A DNA stretch of 64,000 bases from assembly GCA_963674785.1 (NCBI GenBank), contig OY771555.1:1280001-1344000 (forward strand). The letters are read 5' to 3'. A program made the position numbers and the translations under genes. Of this stretch, positions 20,277 to 28,845 are shown piece by piece. Numbering within the stretch: position 1 is the stretch's first letter; each line of letters starts with the position of its first letter. The notes under the pieces are model-generated. The model saw only the letters and a list, made by a program, of their open reading frames with translations. It was not told where the DNA came from and ran no database searches. The DNA comes from Caldisericia bacterium (GTDB lineage: Bacteria > Caldisericota > Caldisericia > JAAYUI01).

Positions 20277-20606
20277 ATGAACAAAGAAGGATATTCTAAT
20301 CTAAGTAAAAATCTCGGTTTTATATCGATTATTTTGTATGTGCTTCCGGTTCTGTTTATGGTTATAAACCGCTTTGTTAGTATTTTCTACTGGATTCCAT
20401 ATGTTGTATGGACAATTATAATGTGGTTACAGTTGGTAGCAGCTATAGCAGCACTAATTATCGGGCTTATTGTGATTCTCGGTGGTCAAAGAGATAACCA
20501 AGTCGCTATTCTTGGAATCATTTTTGGAGGAATTGGAGTTGTTCTCTGGGCACTCAGTTTCTTCTGGCATGTTGGTCTCGGTCGACTGATGTACTTTCTA
20601 CTTTAG
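20277..20606 (+). CDS. Small multi-pass membrane protein
   Basis: Three hydrophobic helices; ATG 20277 lies 10 nt after the TM2 stop. Confidence 0.7.
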   Translation: MNKEGYSNLSKNLGFISIILYVLPVLFMVINRFVSIFYWIPYVVWTIIMWLQLVAAIAALIIGLIVILGGQRDNQVAILGIIFGGIGVVLWALSFFWHVGLGRLMYFLL

Positions 20607-20615
20607 TATGATACT

Positions 20616-20648
20616 GCTAGGGGCACACTCCCTGTGTGTCCCCCTAGC
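20616..20648. terminator. GC-rich hairpin between convergent genes
   Basis: GCTAGGGG-CACAC...GTGTG...CCCCTAGC stem with a small bulge; no clear U tract. Confidence 0.55.
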
Positions 20649-20651
20649 TCT

Positions 20652-22427
20652 CTATTCCTGATTCTTAAACTGAAGCTCGTAAAGTCTTTTGTAAACTCCG
20701 TCTTTTTCAAGAAGCTCATCATGTTTGCCTGACTCAATTATTTTTCCCTTACTAATTACCAGAACCTGGTCAGCATCTTTGATTGTTGAAAGTCTGTGGG
20801 CGATGACAATTGATGTCCTTCCAACCATCATCTTTTGCATTGCTTTTTGAATGAGCTCCTCTGATGCGGTATCGATTGAGCTTGTTGCCTCATCAAGAAT
20901 CAAGATGCTTGGGTCATGAGCAATTGCCCTTGCAAATGATAAAAGCTGTCTCTGACCAACTGAAAGGGTGGCACCACGCTCTGTGAGGATTGTATCATAT
21001 CCATCATCAAGTTTCATGATAAAGTCATCAGCACCAACAATCCTCGCTGCTTCTTTAGCTTTTTCACGAGTTATCCCTGAGAGTAATGTGATGTTTTCAA
21101 TGAGGGGGCCAGAGAAAATGAATGGATGCTGAAGCACAACTGAAATCTGTCTTCTCAAAGAATTAAAAGTGAGGTCATAGATTGATCTTCCGTCAATCTT
21201 GATGTCGCCATCCTGAATATCATATAGTCTTGACAAGAGACTTATGATGCTTGATTTTCCAGCTCCCGTTGGGCCAACAAGTGCAATCTTTTCTCCTGGT
21301 TTTACAGAAAATGAGACATCTTTCAGGACTGGTGTTCCGGGATTATAGGCAAACTGGACGTGTTCAAAATCAACTCTTCCTTCAGCTTTTCCTTCAAATA
21401 CTTCTGCATCTTCCTTTTCGGTGATTGTCACAGGTTCATCAAGCAGTCTGAAAATTCTTTCCGATGACGCCATCGCTGATTGAAGAATGTTGAATTTGTT
21501 TGAAAGCTCGTGGACAGAATTGTAGAGGTCTCTGACGTATTGCACAAACACCAATACAGTACCAACCATGATAAACTCCCCGAGAATCATGATGCTTCCA
21601 TACCACACAACCAAACCCATTGCAACAGTTGTCAGAAGGTCTGTTGCCTGGAAAAAGAATGAAAAATTCAGAACCGCTTTAACTTGTGATGCAAGAAGCT
21701 CCCCGCTGATACTTTTAAACATTCTTCTGTTTACTTTTTGTCTGTTGGCAATTTGAATTGCCATAACACCAGAAATACTCTCCTGAAGGAAGGCATTAAC
21801 TTTTGCCATCTTCACTCTCACTTCCCTGTAGAATTTTTGGGCAAAGTGAGCAAAGATTGTTGTGACAACAGCTACAAATGGTACAACTGAAACTGCAACA
21901 AGTGCAAGTCTGGAATCGATCAGAAACAACATCACGATTGTACCAATGGAGATAAATGTCCCTGCTAAAAGCTCCGGTACACAATCCACCAAGAAGTCAA
22001 GAATCGCATCAACATCTGATGTAACTCTTGTCATGAGCCTTCCAACTGGGTTCTTATCATAATATGACATCTGCAGGTCTTGGAGCTTTTTGAAAATGTT
22101 GTTCCTCATATCACGGAGGATAAACTGACCGGTATCCAAGATGATGATTGATTCAAAGTAATTTACAACTGACCTTACGATAACCATCCCCAGTATTGCT
22201 AGAGATATCCATGTCAGTCCGTAGAAGTCATACTTTGCAATATAATTATCAACTGCTATTTTTATGAGGTATGGAGTAACAACATACATTGCATTCCAGA
22301 AAAGGAGTGCTGCGATTCCAAATGTAAGTCTCCATTTATAAGGCTTAAGATAAAAGAGCATCCTTTTGATAAGTCTTGAATCTAACGCTTTTCCTATTAT
22401 TTCTTCTTCATGTCTATATTCAGGCAT
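20652..22427 (-). CDS. Heterodimeric ABC exporter half, consensus Walker B subunit
   Basis: TMD+NBD; GPTGAGKS, LSVGQRQ, ILDEATS, IAHR. Confidence 0.92.
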   Translation of the reverse strand: MPEYRHEEEIIGKALDSRLIKRMLFYLKPYKWRLTFGIAALLFWNAMYVVTPYLIKIAVDNYIAKYDFYGLTWISLAILGMVIVRSVVNYFESIIILDTGQFILRDMRNNIFKKLQDLQMSYYDKNPVGRLMTRVTSDVDAILDFLVDCVPELLAGTFISIGTIVMLFLIDSRLALVAVSVVPFVAVVTTIFAHFAQKFYREVRVKMAKVNAFLQESISGVMAIQIANRQKVNRRMFKSISGELLASQVKAVLNFSFFFQATDLLTTVAMGLVVWYGSIMILGEFIMVGTVLVFVQYVRDLYNSVHELSNKFNILQSAMASSERIFRLLDEPVTITEKEDAEVFEGKAEGRVDFEHVQFAYNPGTPVLKDVSFSVKPGEKIALVGPTGAGKSSIISLLSRLYDIQDGDIKIDGRSIYDLTFNSLRRQISVVLQHPFIFSGPLIENITLLSGITREKAKEAARIVGADDFIMKLDDGYDTILTERGATLSVGQRQLLSFARAIAHDPSILILDEATSSIDTASEELIQKAMQKMMVGRTSIVIAHRLSTIKDADQVLVISKGKIIESGKHDELLEKDGVYKRLYELQFKNQE

Positions 22428-24222
22428 TGTTTATACCTTTCCTGTTTGATTGGTTATTTATCTCGCTGTGAAGCCTCTGCTTCTCTACAAGCTCAGCATA
22501 ATAACCATTCTTTGCAATCAATTCTTCATGTGTTCCATCTTCAGTAATACATCCACCCCTAATAACAATTATTCTATCACAAAGAGTCATAATACTTACT
22601 CTATGGGCAATAATAACCGCTGTCTTACCCTCTAAGGTTGGAGCAATAGACTCAATAATTGCAGACTCAGTATGTGTATCAACTGCTGATAGTGGATCAT
22701 CAAATATCATAATTGGTGGATCAGCAAGAACAGCCCTTGAAATAGCAACCCTCTGTCTTTGTCCACCAGAAAGAGTAACTCCTCTTTCCCCAATTACAGT
22801 TTCATATCCTTCATCAAACCCCATTATCTCATCATGAAGTTGAATCTTTTTTGCAACTTCTTCAATCTCTCCTCTTGTTGCCTCTGGTTTAATAAATGAT
22901 ATATTCTCAGCAATAGTTGAACTAAATAAGAACGCATCCTGTGGAACATATCCAATCGATGATCTTAGTTTTCCAAGATCCCAATCTCTCACATCAACAC
23001 CATCAATCTTTACAGAACCAGAAGCTACATCCCATGTCCTAAGTAACATCTTAGTAAATGAACTCTTACCAGCACCAACGGGACCAACAATACCAATCAC
23101 CTGACCTTTTGGTACCTTCAAACTCAAACCCTCAACTGAAATCGAAGAATCATCATACCTCAATGTAGCATCTGTTATCTCAATATCTCCTCTAACTGTT
23201 TCTGGGGTGTAGGGGTTTTCTCCTGTTTTGATTGTTGGTTTTGACTGGAGTATCTCTTCAATCCTGCCAGTTGAGACTTTGGCTCTCTGGAATGCCTCGA
23301 TTATGTGACCAAAACTCATTATTGGCCATATGAGCATCACGATGTAAACAATTGAGCTTGAAAGTTGTCCAATTGTTAATGCATCTTGCATAAACAGATA
23401 ACCACCAAACCAAATGATTCCGATTATTGGTATCCATACCACAACAGACAGTAGTGGTCTGATGAATGATCTTGTTTTATTAAGTTTTTTGTTAACTTCC
23501 ACATACCCATCCATAAGCCCTGAAAATCTTTTGGTCTCATTATCACTTTGAGCGTACGACTTGATTGTTCTTGCTCCGGAGAAATTCTCCTGTATTCTGT
23601 TTGAGATTTTATCAAATGATTTTTGTACAGATTTGAATTGTCTGTGAATCACTTTGGCTATTGGTATCGGAACAAGCGTTATCAATGGTATAATAACCAT
23701 CATGCTTAGTGCCAATTGCCAAGATGCTCCAAAGATTACCGAGAATGCAACCGCGAGTCTGAACAGTGAGTTTGGAACCATTATTGTCCCAAAAGTCAAA
23801 AAACGCATAATCATTCTGGTGTCAGATGCTGCTCTGTTCATGATTTCTCCGGTTTTCATGCTGTTGAAGAAATCATTTGAGAGAACCATCAGTTGACCAT
23901 ATATCTCATTTCTGATTTTGAAGGATATTCTTCTTGCTATCACGTGAATTGTGTATCTGCTGAAGAAAAATACTACAACTTTCACCATTATGATTCCGAT
24001 TATCCAGAAGAATATCTGCAGAATCGACGTCCTGGCGTCGCTCATTTGAATTAAGCCTTTGTTGGTGTCAACTGCAATATCAATACTTTTTCCAATTAAC
24101 ATTGGAATTAGCATATCTATTGCAGACGCTAGTAATCCAACTGTGGCAGCAATATATTTTACAAGGTATGGTTTTAAAGCCCTGTAATAAAATTTGAAGA
24201 CATATATTTTTCTATTATCCAT
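22420..24222 (-). CDS. Heterodimeric ABC exporter half, degenerate Walker B subunit, paralog 2
   Basis: TMD+NBD; GPVGAGKS, LSGGQRQ, IFDDPLS (Asp in place of catalytic Glu). Confidence 0.92.
   Translation of the reverse strand: MDNRKIYVFKFYYRALKPYLVKYIAATVGLLASAIDMLIPMLIGKSIDIAVDTNKGLIQMSDARTSILQIFFWIIGIIMVKVVVFFFSRYTIHVIARRISFKIRNEIYGQLMVLSNDFFNSMKTGEIMNRAASDTRMIMRFLTFGTIMVPNSLFRLAVAFSVIFGASWQLALSMMVIIPLITLVPIPIAKVIHRQFKSVQKSFDKISNRIQENFSGARTIKSYAQSDNETKRFSGLMDGYVEVNKKLNKTRSFIRPLLSVVVWIPIIGIIWFGGYLFMQDALTIGQLSSSIVYIVMLIWPIMSFGHIIEAFQRAKVSTGRIEEILQSKPTIKTGENPYTPETVRGDIEITDATLRYDDSSISVEGLSLKVPKGQVIGIVGPVGAGKSSFTKMLLRTWDVASGSVKIDGVDVRDWDLGKLRSSIGYVPQDAFLFSSTIAENISFIKPEATRGEIEEVAKKIQLHDEIMGFDEGYETVIGERGVTLSGGQRQRVAISRAVLADPPIMIFDDPLSAVDTHTESAIIESIAPTLEGKTAVIIAHRVSIMTLCDRIIVIRGGCITEDGTHEELIAKNGYYAELVEKQRLHSEINNQSNRKGINNA
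22472..23214. repeat. Direct repeat copy 1 (NBD-coding tract)
   Basis: 22472-23088 identical to 24295-24911 in line-by-line comparison; 9 substitutions over the next ~126 bp. Confidence 0.95.
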
Positions 24223-24254
24223 AACAAAACCATTGGCAAAAAACCAATGCTTTA

Positions 24255-26030
24255 CTATTCTCCTCTTCTTGTTCTTTCCTCTATCTCTGATCTGAGCCTC
24301 TGCTTCTCTACAAGCTCAGCATAATAACCATTCTTTGCAATCAATTCTTCATGTGTTCCATCTTCAGTAATACATCCACCCCTAATAACAATTATTCTAT
24401 CACAAAGAGTCATAATACTTACTCTATGGGCAATAATAACCGCTGTCTTACCCTCTAAGGTTGGAGCAATAGACTCAATAATTGCAGACTCAGTATGTGT
24501 ATCAACTGCTGATAGTGGATCATCAAATATCATAATTGGTGGATCAGCAAGAACAGCCCTTGAAATAGCAACCCTCTGTCTTTGTCCACCAGAAAGAGTA
24601 ACTCCTCTTTCCCCAATTACAGTTTCATATCCTTCATCAAACCCCATTATCTCATCATGAAGTTGAATCTTTTTTGCAACTTCTTCAATCTCTCCTCTTG
24701 TTGCCTCTGGTTTAATAAATGATATATTCTCAGCAATAGTTGAACTAAATAAGAACGCATCCTGTGGAACATATCCAATCGATGATCTTAGTTTTCCAAG
24801 ATCCCAATCTCTCACATCAACACCATCAATCTTTACAGAACCAGAAGCTACATCCCATGTCCTAAGTAACATCTTAGTAAATGAACTCTTACCAGCACCA
24901 ACGGGACCAACTATACCAATTACCTGACCCTTAGGTACTTTCAAACTTAAATCCTCAACTGAAATCGAAGAATCATCATACCTCAATGTAGCATCTGTTA
25001 TCTCAATATCTCCCCTCACTGTTTCTGGGGTGTAGGGATCAGAAGGTGATGAAACATCGGGTTTGATTTTGAGGATATCCCATATTCTACCAATCGAGAC
25101 TTTCGACCTTTGGTAGAGATTTATGATCCATCCAAGTCCGATCATTGGCCATATCAACATAACAACATAAACGAGGAACCCAGAGAGCTGACCGATTGTT
25201 ATGAATTTTGACATAAAGAGGTATCCACCGAACCAGATCACGCCGATGATTGGGATCCAGATAGAAAGTGAAAGTAATGGCCACCAAATAGCCCATATCT
25301 TGTTTATTGGTTTTACGGTATCAACGTATCCATCCATGAGTTCAGAAAATCTTTTGGATTCTTTGTCTCCCTGAGCATATGACTTGATTGTTCTTGCTCC
25401 AGAGAGGTTTTCTTGAATCCTATTGGAAACTCCATCGAAGTAGTGCTGAATTCTTAGGAAATGTTTGTGAATTTTTTTCCCAAGTACGTTTTCTATCAGC
25501 AAAACAAATGGCAGGAACACTAAAATGCTAAGTGAAAGCTGCCATGATATTGTAAACATGAAAACGAACGCCACCATTGTTCTGAGAAACGAACTTGGCG
25601 CAATTACTGAACCAAATGAAATAAACCTCATAATTGTCATCACGTCGGATGACGCTCTGTTCATGATTTCTCCGGTTTTCATTTTCCCGAAGAAGCTATC
25701 TGGAAGAATCATTAGTTTTTCGTATATCTTATTTCTAAGGTCATCTGAAACTTTTCTTCCCACAATGTGAATTGTATATCTGCATACGAAAAATATACTT
25801 ACTTTTGCAACCAAGATAATGACAGTCCAGATTAGAACCCAAAGGATAATTTGATTTGCTTCACTCTGAGGAATTTCTCCCTTTAATCCCATGTTTGCAG
25901 CATCAATGCTTTTTGCAATAAGCATCGGTATAATCATGTCAATTGCAGAGACGAATAATCCAAAGATTGATAAAACAAAACGTCCAAGATAGGGTCTAAG
26001 TAATTCGTAATATTGTTTGTATAATGACAT
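24255..26030 (-). CDS. Heterodimeric ABC exporter half, degenerate Walker B subunit, paralog 1
   Basis: Essentially the same NBD as 22420..24222 with a diverged TMD. Confidence 0.92.
   Translation of the reverse strand: MSLYKQYYELLRPYLGRFVLSIFGLFVSAIDMIIPMLIAKSIDAANMGLKGEIPQSEANQIILWVLIWTVIILVAKVSIFFVCRYTIHIVGRKVSDDLRNKIYEKLMILPDSFFGKMKTGEIMNRASSDVMTIMRFISFGSVIAPSSFLRTMVAFVFMFTISWQLSLSILVFLPFVLLIENVLGKKIHKHFLRIQHYFDGVSNRIQENLSGARTIKSYAQGDKESKRFSELMDGYVDTVKPINKIWAIWWPLLSLSIWIPIIGVIWFGGYLFMSKFITIGQLSGFLVYVVMLIWPMIGLGWIINLYQRSKVSIGRIWDILKIKPDVSSPSDPYTPETVRGDIEITDATLRYDDSSISVEDLSLKVPKGQVIGIVGPVGAGKSSFTKMLLRTWDVASGSVKIDGVDVRDWDLGKLRSSIGYVPQDAFLFSSTIAENISFIKPEATRGEIEEVAKKIQLHDEIMGFDEGYETVIGERGVTLSGGQRQRVAISRAVLADPPIMIFDDPLSAVDTHTESAIIESIAPTLEGKTAVIIAHRVSIMTLCDRIIVIRGGCITEDGTHEELIAKNGYYAELVEKQRLRSEIEERTRRGE
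24295..25037. repeat. Direct repeat copy 2 (NBD-coding tract)
   Basis: Offset 1823 bp from copy 1. Confidence 0.95.
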
Positions 26031-26037
26031 GAACGGC

Positions 26038-26066
26038 AGTATACAGAAATGTTACCAATAAGTCAA
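26038..26066 (-). promoter_or_regulatory. Leaderless-type sigma70 promoter of the ABC operon
   Basis: TTGACT-N17-TATACT-N7-ATG(26030); no SD. Confidence 0.65.
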
Positions 26067-26131
26067 CCGATGACTATTGATAAAGATGTAAAAATGTGCT
26101 AACATGCACGGAGAAACTAGGAGGTTTAAAG

Positions 26132-26794
26132 ATGGCAAATATGTTCAAAAGAATCAAAGACATTTTAGCAAGCAATGTATCAGATTGGCTCTCAAACATG
26201 GAAGACCCAGAAAAAATGCTTCCATACAAGATTGACGAAATGAAAACTGAGCTTGTAAAGGCAACCGATGCAACAGCAGAGGCTATGGCAATCCAGAGAC
26301 AGACTGAGATGAGGCTTGCAGATATTCAGGCAGACATCAAGAAGTACAACTTTGCCGCAGAAAAAGCTGCACAGAAGGGTAATGATGATCTTGCCAGAAA
26401 ATGCCTTGGCAGAGTGATTACACTTGAAAAACAGGAAAGTGCAAATATCAACTCTCTTGAAACCCAGGAAACAACTACAGAGAAACTCAAAGAGATCATC
26501 GAAGCACTCAAGGCAAAAATTGAGGAAGCCGAGATTAGAATGGATGAGCTTGTAGCAAGAAACAAAGCTGCCAAGGCTCAGGAAAAAGTTACAAAAGTAA
26601 TGGGCAACATTAATGTTGGCGATCTCGGAACAACATTCGATGATCTTGAAAAGAAAGTTATCAAACGTGAGCAGAAGGCTGCCGCACTCGCCGAACTTGG
26701 TGGATCAAAAGCGGATTCTCTTGACGATGAGATTGCTGAATACTCAGAAGAAGACGAAATTACAAAAAGACTTAATTCACTCAAAGGTGCATAA
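26132..26794 (+). CDS. pspA: PspA/IM30 family protein
   Basis: MFKRIKDIL...MEDPEKML, long coiled coil; SD AGGAGG before ATG 26132. Confidence 0.88.
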   Translation: MANMFKRIKDILASNVSDWLSNMEDPEKMLPYKIDEMKTELVKATDATAEAMAIQRQTEMRLADIQADIKKYNFAAEKAAQKGNDDLARKCLGRVITLEKQESANINSLETQETTTEKLKEIIEALKAKIEEAEIRMDELVARNKAAKAQEKVTKVMGNINVGDLGTTFDDLEKKVIKREQKAAALAELGGSKADSLDDEIAEYSEEDEITKRLNSLKGA

Positions 26795-27189
26795 TGGGCG
26801 GTCTCTGGTATCTCCTGATTGCTGTTTTGGCTGGAATCGTCAGTGGTGTTATTATTGTCTTATTTAAGCGTGCAACAGCTGGAGTCTCAAAAAGTCAAAA
26901 CATTTCAAGATTGAAAATGGTTGAGAAACGCTGGTATAACTTCTCTGAAGACCTCAAACTTGTAAAAGACCTGGGAACAGATCTTGGAGATAAGTTTCCA
27001 AATGCAACCCCTGAAAGGGTTGAAAAAATAAAGGAACTTGCAAGAAAATTTGAGGGAGCTTGGTTCAGAGGAAAAGACGAATCAACCGGCGTTAAAACAA
27101 GTACCAACATGATGGAGACAATGACTACCTATGAGTATGAACGAATTCTAGAGAAACTTGAGGAAAATCTGGACAAGATATTCAAATAG
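26794..27189 (+). CDS. Single-TM hypothetical protein coupled to pspA
   Basis: TAATG stop/start overlap; N-terminal hydrophobic helix. Confidence 0.75.
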   Translation: MGGLWYLLIAVLAGIVSGVIIVLFKRATAGVSKSQNISRLKMVEKRWYNFSEDLKLVKDLGTDLGDKFPNATPERVEKIKELARKFEGAWFRGKDESTGVKTSTNMMETMTTYEYERILEKLEENLDKIFK

Positions 27190-27216
27190 ATTCCAATCAT
27201 ATTAATTGTGAAGCTG

Positions 27217-27251
27217 AAAAATGGCGTGTCGTAATGGCACGCCATTTTTTT
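27217..27251 (+). terminator. Intrinsic terminator
   Basis: AAAAATGGCGTGTC-GTAAT-GGCACGCCATTTTTTT. Confidence 0.85.
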
Positions 27252-27416
27252 ATTGGATAAGGTTTAGCTAGTGGTGTTTCCGAATTATTATTGGATTGAG
27301 ATTTTGGATAGAGAGAGGGAGAAAAAAAGGAACCAAAACAAGAAGATGGGACTTTCATTCTTACGTTATTGTGTGTGTTTGAAATGTGAAAGGAGTTACA
27401 CAGTATAAAACAAAAG

Positions 27417-27448
27417 AAAAACCCCGCCCAAGAAACAGACGGGGTTTT
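27417..27448 (-). terminator. Intrinsic terminator of 27478..28686
   Basis: AAAAACCCCG...CGGGGTTTT, preceded by an A-run on the + strand. Confidence 0.8.
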
Positions 27449-27477
27449 GGATATTAATTTAATAATGCAAACTACTA

Positions 27478-28686
27478 TTATCTATTGGTTTCCCAGACAA
27501 TACTTCCATCAGTGTCAATACAGATTGTTTTAAGCTCATCGTTTACTTTTCTTGCTGTGAAATAAAGCTTATCGCCATCAACAGCTGGTTTACATGAAAT
27601 ATAGTTAGGAGTTATGTTCTTCTTCCAAAGCTCACTAAGGTCTTCGTCAACGCAGATGATGTTTCCGGTATCTGTTCCGAAAATGATTTTTCCATCAACC
27701 TCAACTGGGCTGGAATTTACATATGCGTCTCTGCTTGAGAGAACATAGTGACCAAGTTGTTTGAATGTTCCATCTTCAAACTTATAAAGCCCATTTGTCT
27801 CAGTTTTGTCGCTCTGGCAACCAGCATAGATTGCACCATTAAAGGCTAGTGGTGTTGAGCGTGCCCATCTGACTTTATGAGACCATTCGGCATTATGTAT
27901 TTCAAAACCGTCTCCAGCCTTTGTTCCGTCGGCTGCATTTACTTTGTAAAGGTGGCTGTCATAGCTTCCGAAATAGATGTGTCCGTTATAGAGATTGAGG
28001 TTGCACTCGATTGCTGCACCATTTCTGTTTGCTGCTGAATCGGATTCATTCCATGGGTATGTGCCTGATCCCTCTGTCTGGAATGGCTTTTTCCATTTGC
28101 TGGATTTTTTTCCATTTTTGAGCTGGATGATTTCAACCTGACCAAAGAATGATGCTGCAAGGACACAATCATCAACGATAACTGGTCTGCTTACTGACCA
28201 TCCACCAAACCAATAGTTCCAAAGGAAAGTGCCATCGGTTTTGTAGGCTTCAATTGTCCCTTTACCAGCATTGATTCCGGTTGTTGGAACGATAACATAT
28301 CCGTCCTGGACGAGTGGCTGACCAAAAACACCCTTTGTGATTGGCATTCTCCATTCGATTGCACCTGTTTTTGCATCGATTTTGTGGAGGTGTCTGTATG
28401 GGAAGATTTCTGTTCCCAATACTGCATAAACTTTACCAGTTGATGCCTCAAGCTCTGGCGAAGCATAAACTCTATCTGTTGTTTCGATCTTCCAGACCTG
28501 TTTGCCATCGGATGCGTTGAGACCATAAAGTCCATCTGTGCCAATAGCGGTAATGACGATTCCGTCATAAATGGCTGGTGAAATTGACTGATAATATCCG
28601 CCTGCGAATGTTGGTGCACCTGTTGGTACAACTACAGAGATAGCGACGAGTGCAAGCAAAGTTACTGCAACTAGAAATTTCTTCAT
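27478..28686 (-). CDS. Secreted PQQ-like beta-propeller protein
   Basis: Signal peptide MKKFLVAV; SPAIYDG, SSPVEVDG, Trp-docking repeats; SD AAGGAGG. Confidence 0.85.
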   Translation of the reverse strand: MKKFLVAVTLLALVAISVVVPTGAPTFAGGYYQSISPAIYDGIVITAIGTDGLYGLNASDGKQVWKIETTDRVYASPELEASTGKVYAVLGTEIFPYRHLHKIDAKTGAIEWRMPITKGVFGQPLVQDGYVIVPTTGINAGKGTIEAYKTDGTFLWNYWFGGWSVSRPVIVDDCVLAASFFGQVEIIQLKNGKKSSKWKKPFQTEGSGTYPWNESDSAANRNGAAIECNLNLYNGHIYFGSYDSHLYKVNAADGTKAGDGFEIHNAEWSHKVRWARSTPLAFNGAIYAGCQSDKTETNGLYKFEDGTFKQLGHYVLSSRDAYVNSSPVEVDGKIIFGTDTGNIICVDEDLSELWKKNITPNYISCKPAVDGDKLYFTARKVNDELKTICIDTDGSIVWETNR

Positions 28687-28845
28687 AGTAGTCCTCCTTA
28701 ACATGAAAGAGATTTTAGATTGTTACTGACTCCAGTCAAGGTAACTGGATGGTAAGAAATGAATAAAAATTGGTAAAATCGAAGCGTAACGATACTTGTG
28801 AATTTTTCCTTGTTTTTTCTTCCAAATTTGATGATAGTTTCCGAT

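Noticed and set aside
22472-25037. Repeat pair as a DGR template/variable repeat or a shufflon
   Set aside because: No reverse transcriptase or recombinase nearby, the differences are not adenine-specific, and both copies are in-frame NBD coding sequence
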